DNA of 64,000 bases from a virus, in IMG/VR virus record IMGVR_UViG_3300020122_000665, positions 1 to 64,000 of that record, one strand, 5' to 3'. Both the position numbers and the translations under genes were made by a program. Position 1 is the stretch's first letter; every line of letters starts with the position of its first letter. Of this stretch, positions 59,414 to 64,000 are shown piece by piece. The notes under the pieces are model-generated. The model was not told the origin of the DNA. It made no database searches and saw only the letters and a program-made list of their open reading frames with translations.

Positions 59414-60214
59414 CTACTTGATCCCGTGCGCGGCGAGGTAGACCTGGCCGCGGTCGAGCCACACGCGCGCCTCGGGGGTCATCGCGGTGTGCGGGGCGCT
59501 GAGCGACGCGACGACGGCCTCGACGCTGCAGATCGCGAAGTCGATGCCCTGCGACTCGAGCTTCACGAGCTCCCCCGACCAGTCGGCGGCGGTGCCGGTG
59601 ATCGCCGTCTGCACCTCGGGGAGCACCGAAGCGACCGCCTTCGGGATCTCCCCGATGGCGCACGCGCCGATGTTGATGCCGGCCACCTTCGCGGTGGACG
59701 CGTTGCAGTTGGCGCCGAGGAGCGCCGGGGCCGAGAGGGCGAGCAGCAGGATCGCTGCGGCGGACTTGACGGCGGCGCTCGCGCCGCTGAGCTTGCCGAT
59801 CATCTTCTCGAGGATCGGCTTCACGATCGAGTAGCCGCCGGCGGCCACGAAGGCGACGATGAGGCCGTTGAGGATCGATCGCAGGTCGACCTTGTGCGCG
59901 AGCATCGAGGTGGAGAGCGAGGCCGCCTCGGAACAGAAGAGCACGACGAGGCCCTTGCCGACCGGCCCGTTGACGCTCTCGCCGAGCTTGCCGTGGAGCT
60001 TCGGAGCCAGCCAGCGCACGAAGGCGACGAGGCCGACGAGCAGGATCCCGACGACGGCGATGTAGTCGTGGCTCTGCGCGGCGGAGATCAGCCAGTTCGC
60101 GACGGAGATGATGTGGTCGGCGCTCGACGGATCGGGCGCGGGCGCGGACTGGGCGAGGGCGAGGCAGGGCACGAGCAGGAACGCCGCGACGAGCGCGGCC
60201 ACGAGATGGCGCAT
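59414..60214 (-). CDS. Multi-pass membrane protein, holin-like
   Basis: Signal-like N-terminus plus 3-4 TM segments; AGGAGG SD. Confidence 0.6.
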   Translation of the reverse strand: MRHLVAALVAAFLLVPCLALAQSAPAPDPSSADHIISVANWLISAAQSHDYIAVVGILLVGLVAFVRWLAPKLHGKLGESVNGPVGKGLVVLFCSEAASLSTSMLAHKVDLRSILNGLIVAFVAAGGYSIVKPILEKMIGKLSGASAAVKSAAAILLLALSAPALLGANCNASTAKVAGINIGACAIGEIPKAVASVLPEVQTAITGTAADWSGELVKLESQGIDFAICSVEAVVASLSAPHTAMTPEARVWLDRGQVYLAAHGIK

Positions 60215-60257
60215 CTTGAATCCTCCTGGTTGTGGGGAATGAAGCGACGCGGTGGGG

Positions 60258-60680
60258 CTACTGGCGGTGCGTGAGCACCCTCAACAGCGCATCGACCTTG
60301 CCGTTGAGGTTGTCGACCTTTCCGTTCGTGGTGTTGACCGCCTCTTCGACGCGTCGAAGGCGCGCGCGATCGTCGTCTTGCTGGCGGAGCTCGAGCGCGT
60401 GACCAGGCTCGGCGGCGTGCGCGGCGATCGCGGCTCTGACCTTCGCGTCGACGTCGCCCTGCGTGGCGAGGTCGCTGAGCTGCGACTTCTTCGCGAGGCT
60501 GTAGTAGACGCTCGCGCCGGCACCGCCGGCGCTGAGCAGCGCCGCGCAGATGAGGAGGAGCCGCCAGAACGAAGAGATCGGTTTCTCGACGCGCTCCGGG
60601 TCCTCGATGACGGTGCGGATCGATGGGGGACGAATCGGAGCGCCATTGCCAGCGCGCAGCTCTTCGGCGGCGTCGACCAT
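60258..60680 (-). CDS. Single-TM coiled-coil protein (lysis-module type)
   Basis: FWRLLLICAALLSAGG TM then NGKVDNLNGKVD coiled coil. Confidence 0.55.
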   Translation of the reverse strand: MVDAAEELRAGNGAPIRPPSIRTVIEDPERVEKPISSFWRLLLICAALLSAGGAGASVYYSLAKKSQLSDLATQGDVDAKVRAAIAAHAAEPGHALELRQQDDDRARLRRVEEAVNTTNGKVDNLNGKVDALLRVLTHRQ

Positions 60681-60691
60681 TCTGTTGTCCC

Positions 60692-62407
60692 TCACGTGCC
60701 CGGGGTTGGAGTCGTCGAGAGCGTCGTGGTCGCCGGCGCCGTCGCCGCGACGTTGCCCGCCTGAGACCAGTGCCCGCCCGTGCCGTCGCCGCTGTCGTAC
60801 GCGGAGAGGAGGTGCGCGTGGTCCGCCGGGTCGCGCAGCGCGAGATCGAAGTCGATTGCTCCGGCCGCCCCGTAGGGAAGCTGCTTGATCCACGCGTTCC
60901 AGATGTTGCGATTCGTCTCCGTCTGCCCCGAATAGAAGGGGTTGGTGGGACCGCTCGGCGTGAGCGTGACGAGGTAGACGTGGCGCGCGCCGTGCGCCTT
61001 GACCTGCGTGACGAGCTGGCCGAGCTTGCGTCGAGAGACGTCGAGCGTCTCGCTGCCGGTGCGGACGTTGTTGGTGCCGAGCGCGAGGACGACGTCGGTG
61101 CCGACGAAGTTGCAGCCCTCCGTCTTGTTGGGCGCGCCGCTCGCTTCGAGGAAGTCGTCGATCGTCGAGCCGGAGACGGCACGGTTGTCGACGCTGATCC
61201 CGAGCTGCGATCCGACGGCGCGCCAGACCTGAACCGCGTAGTCGGCGTAGCCGCCGGCGCTCAGCGAGTCGCCGAGGACAACTACGCGGCGCGCCGACGT
61301 GAGGTATTCGATCGTCCACGTCGGAACGGAGAGATAGGTGTCGGCGAGCGCCGGCAGTGGATACGCCGTAGTCTGCGCGGCCGTCTTCGACCAGTGGGCA
61401 CCGGCGATCGCAGCGCTAGAGAACGCGACCGCGCTCGCCGCGGGGATGCCGACAGCGACGAGGATCTTCCCGTCGCTGCCCCGCGTAATCGGAATCCACG
61501 GGGATAGGTAGTCGATCCCGGCGGCGGGGATGTTGAAGCTCGCGTGGTAGGCCGGCGCGCCGGCGAAGCCGAAGTTTCCGTCGTGCATGCCGACGGCGAG
61601 GTCACATCCGGTCGTCGCTGCGTTGTCCTGCCCTGAATCGAGCGAGGTGCCGCGCGTCGAGATGCGGATGCGGACCTGCGTGACATCGGCAGGAACCGAA
61701 TCGGCTTGAACGGTGAGCCACGGACCAAAGCTGCCGTTGAAGCTGGTGGCGAGGATGGAGCCCGTCTGCCCCGGCCGCGCCGGATTCGACCACGTCGCCA
61801 GACCGCCGACGGTCTGCAGAACCTGCCCGTCGGGAATCGAAGTGGGGTCGGGGGTGCGCTCGTTCGACCACGTTGCCAAGCTCGAGACGCGGCGGACGAT
61901 CTGCCCGTCGATGCCGCCCGACGGCTGAGGACCAGGCGGCCCTTGTGCGAGCGGCAGCTGCGACGGCGGAACCGTGATCGACTGCCCAGGCTGCGAGAGC
62001 GAGGGCTGAATGACGAACGCCGATGCCGGAACGACGGTGACCTGATTTCCAGAGCCGTCGACGATGACGACATCGTATTGGTAGTAGCCGGGATAGGCGG
62101 TGAGCGTGTCGCCCGGGACGATCGGGAACTTGATCTTCCCGTTGGCGGAGTCGGTGATCGTTCCCTGTCGAGCGACGACGGGAACCAAGTCCGACGGCAG
62201 GTGCCGGACGGTCAGCAGCGGCGTGTAGCCGGAGAGGCTGAATGGAGCGCCCGCGCTGTTGACCACCGCGACGTCGATCTCGCCGGTGTCGAATCGGGGG
62301 ACCACGATCGGCTGCGACAGGACACGCGCCGTCGTCGGAGTCGAGCCGTCGGGGTAGACGCCCTGCAGCGCCCCGAGAATCGCGAGGAATGGGAGGAGAA
62401 ATTGCAT
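60692..62407 (-). CDS. Tail fibre/spike-like protein with a C-terminal SGNH/GDSL esterase
   Basis: BppU-like N-terminal beta domain, GPPGPQ, duplicated DGQ..LATWSN, GDSLS, GTNN, D...H. Confidence 0.7.
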   Translation of the reverse strand: MQFLLPFLAILGALQGVYPDGSTPTTARVLSQPIVVPRFDTGEIDVAVVNSAGAPFSLSGYTPLLTVRHLPSDLVPVVARQGTITDSANGKIKFPIVPGDTLTAYPGYYQYDVVIVDGSGNQVTVVPASAFVIQPSLSQPGQSITVPPSQLPLAQGPPGPQPSGGIDGQIVRRVSSLATWSNERTPDPTSIPDGQVLQTVGGLATWSNPARPGQTGSILATSFNGSFGPWLTVQADSVPADVTQVRIRISTRGTSLDSGQDNAATTGCDLAVGMHDGNFGFAGAPAYHASFNIPAAGIDYLSPWIPITRGSDGKILVAVGIPAASAVAFSSAAIAGAHWSKTAAQTTAYPLPALADTYLSVPTWTIEYLTSARRVVVLGDSLSAGGYADYAVQVWRAVGSQLGISVDNRAVSGSTIDDFLEASGAPNKTEGCNFVGTDVVLALGTNNVRTGSETLDVSRRKLGQLVTQVKAHGARHVYLVTLTPSGPTNPFYSGQTETNRNIWNAWIKQLPYGAAGAIDFDLALRDPADHAHLLSAYDSGDGTGGHWSQAGNVAATAPATTTLSTTPTPGT

Positions 62408-62409
62408 TG

Positions 62410-63570
62410 TCAGCCTCCGGTGCACTCGTAGGAGAACGTGTACGTGTGCGCGCCAGGGGTTCCGTGGTAGGTGATCGTGCCGACGGTGGCGGACGTCGCG
62501 ATCGTCACGGGATTGGCGAGCGTGCAATCGACCGTCGTACACGAGCCGGCGAGGCCACCCTGAAACCCGGTGGCGTCATTCGTCGCCTCGAACTTGACGC
62601 GACACCAAGGAGCGTTGGTCCACGTGCCGTCCTTCCACGTAATCGCGATCGTGGGGTCGGCGCTGTAGGTTCCTCCGGCGCCGGTGACGACGAAGCTGCC
62701 GTGGTTGTCGTCGCCCGACACGCTGCTGACGCACGCGCTGTTTCCCGAGCATGTGGCGCCCCACCCGGCGCTCGTGACGATGTTGGTGGAGATCTGCGAG
62801 ACGCCGCGAAGGATGAGTCGAAGCCATCCCGCGGTCGCGGCCCCGAGTGGCGTGTTCTTGTCGCCCGCCGGATTCAGCGCGCCGCCGATCGACACAGACG
62901 AGGAGCCGATCGAGACGTAGGACGTCCCCCCGGCCTGCTCGAGGTTGAGCCCACCGACGCCGGATACGGTCGGCACGCCGACGTTGAGATAGCTGTGGAT
63001 GTACATCAGGTCCGTCGGGGAGCCATTGACGACCGATGCGATGGTGAGGCGCGGATCGGGCGCGGCGGCCTGCTGCGGCGCCACTCGGAGCGCCATGCAG
63101 GTTTGCTGCGAGGTGCCGCCGCCGGTGCCCCACCCGCGTCCGCAAAGCTGCATTGCCGGGCTGTTCTGCTGCGCTCCGTTCGCGGCGGCGGTCGTGTTCT
63201 CCAAGGTCCAGTAGACCGTTTGCGCGGTTGCGAGGGCGAGCGGCTGCGAGAGCAGATAGGTCGGCGTGCCGCCAAGCGTGTACGGCCCGAGCTGCGTTCC
63301 GCTGAAGGTGATCGGCCCCGTCATGGTGCCGCCCGACAGTGGAAGAGCACCACCACCGCCGCTCACCGAAAGCTGGTAGTCGCTGCCCGCGGCGTTGCGA
63401 AAGTAGAGATTCCCGTCGCTGGTCTTCACCCACACGCCCGGGATGCTCGAGCCGAAAGGCGACGCCGTGACCGGCGAGAATCGCGCGCCGCGCTGGTAGG
63501 AGATCGGCTGCGCGTGCGCGACGCCCGCGAGCGCGAGCAGCGCCGCCGCGGCGAGAAGGACTCGGTTCAT
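62410..63570 (-). CDS. Beta-rich tail-fibre-like protein with a signal peptide
   Basis: MNRVLLAAAALLALAGVAHA; ALPLSGGTMTGPITF fibre motif. Confidence 0.6.
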   Translation of the reverse strand: MNRVLLAAAALLALAGVAHAQPISYQRGARFSPVTASPFGSSIPGVWVKTSDGNLYFRNAAGSDYQLSVSGGGGALPLSGGTMTGPITFSGTQLGPYTLGGTPTYLLSQPLALATAQTVYWTLENTTAAANGAQQNSPAMQLCGRGWGTGGGTSQQTCMALRVAPQQAAAPDPRLTIASVVNGSPTDLMYIHSYLNVGVPTVSGVGGLNLEQAGGTSYVSIGSSSVSIGGALNPAGDKNTPLGAATAGWLRLILRGVSQISTNIVTSAGWGATCSGNSACVSSVSGDDNHGSFVVTGAGGTYSADPTIAITWKDGTWTNAPWCRVKFEATNDATGFQGGLAGSCTTVDCTLANPVTIATSATVGTITYHGTPGAHTYTFSYECTGG

Positions 63571-63628
63571 GGCGCTCCTCGGTCTGGTGGGGATTGACAG
63601 GACGGCGATCGGTGCTCAAGCTGCAGTG

Positions 63629-63928
63629 ATGCGAGTTGTTACTGCCCTAGTGCTGTGTTGCATAGTAACGGCGTGCCGCACGCAGCTCTACGAAGATCCA
63701 ATCGCCGCGGCGCCCGACCAAGACTCCGTCGCCGCTGACCTCGGGACTGCTCCCGACCTGGCAGCGGTCGACCAGGCACCCTCACCCGATCTGACTCCGG
63801 CCTGCGGCGGTGAAGGCCAGGTGTGCTGCCCCGGATACGTCTGCTCTTCCCCGAAGCTGTCGTGCTGCGCCAGCCCTCCGCCATCGGCCTGCTTGACTGA
63901 AGAGGCCTGCGTGGGTGGTAGCGGTTAG
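63629..63928 (+). CDS. Cys-rich lipoprotein
   Basis: Lipobox-like VTAC; PDL/ADL linker repeats; CGGEGQVCC. Confidence 0.6.
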   Translation: MRVVTALVLCCIVTACRTQLYEDPIAAAPDQDSVAADLGTAPDLAAVDQAPSPDLTPACGGEGQVCCPGYVCSSPKLSCCASPPPSACLTEEACVGGSG

Positions 63929-64000
63929 AAGCTGTACTGACCCCCGAAGAGGGTGGCGGTGCACGACCAGTTGTCGCCGTTCGCCGCGTCGAGCGGGTTG

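Overview
The window is about 64 kb of a GC-rich temperate tailed phage. Its host is probably a myxobacterium or other deltaproteobacterium, inferred from a host-like DnaB, a myxobacterial-type SspB and a Cys-rich 'PDL' lipoprotein. It looks like the excised or circular form: the integrase is followed by the 3' half of a tRNA-Thr(CGT) with arm-like repeats on both sides (attP), and phage genes continue beyond it. Layout: (1-20.4 kb, minus) Gly-rich protein, peptide deformylase, portal, small accessory genes, terminase subunits, MazG-like enzyme, sigma factor, SspB, ParB-like protein and radical SAM; (20.4-34.4 kb, plus) tandem Fis-like HTH protein, a roughly 1 kb densely base-paired non-coding region, pentapeptide protein, DUF3560-methyltransferase, Mom-like protein, Dcm and DndC/PAPS-reductase-like protein; (34.3-43.7 kb, minus) second sigma factor, methyltransferase, DnaB, replication initiator, DUF2303, RusA and Cro; (43.8-57.8 kb, mostly plus) CI, receiver domain, annealing protein plus exonuclease, second radical SAM, RtcB, xis/int and attP; (58-64 kb, minus) lysis and tail-fibre-like genes. 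The most notable items are the candidate large structured RNA with sigma54-type motifs, two regulons readable directly from the DNA (GCACTAGTGC operators in sigma70 promoters and a GCTGTACCTC promoter motif), a stand-alone EAD1-like decoy, an SSB-tail mimic and a nested gene. All family calls come from motif recognition by eye; no database searches or folding programs were run.
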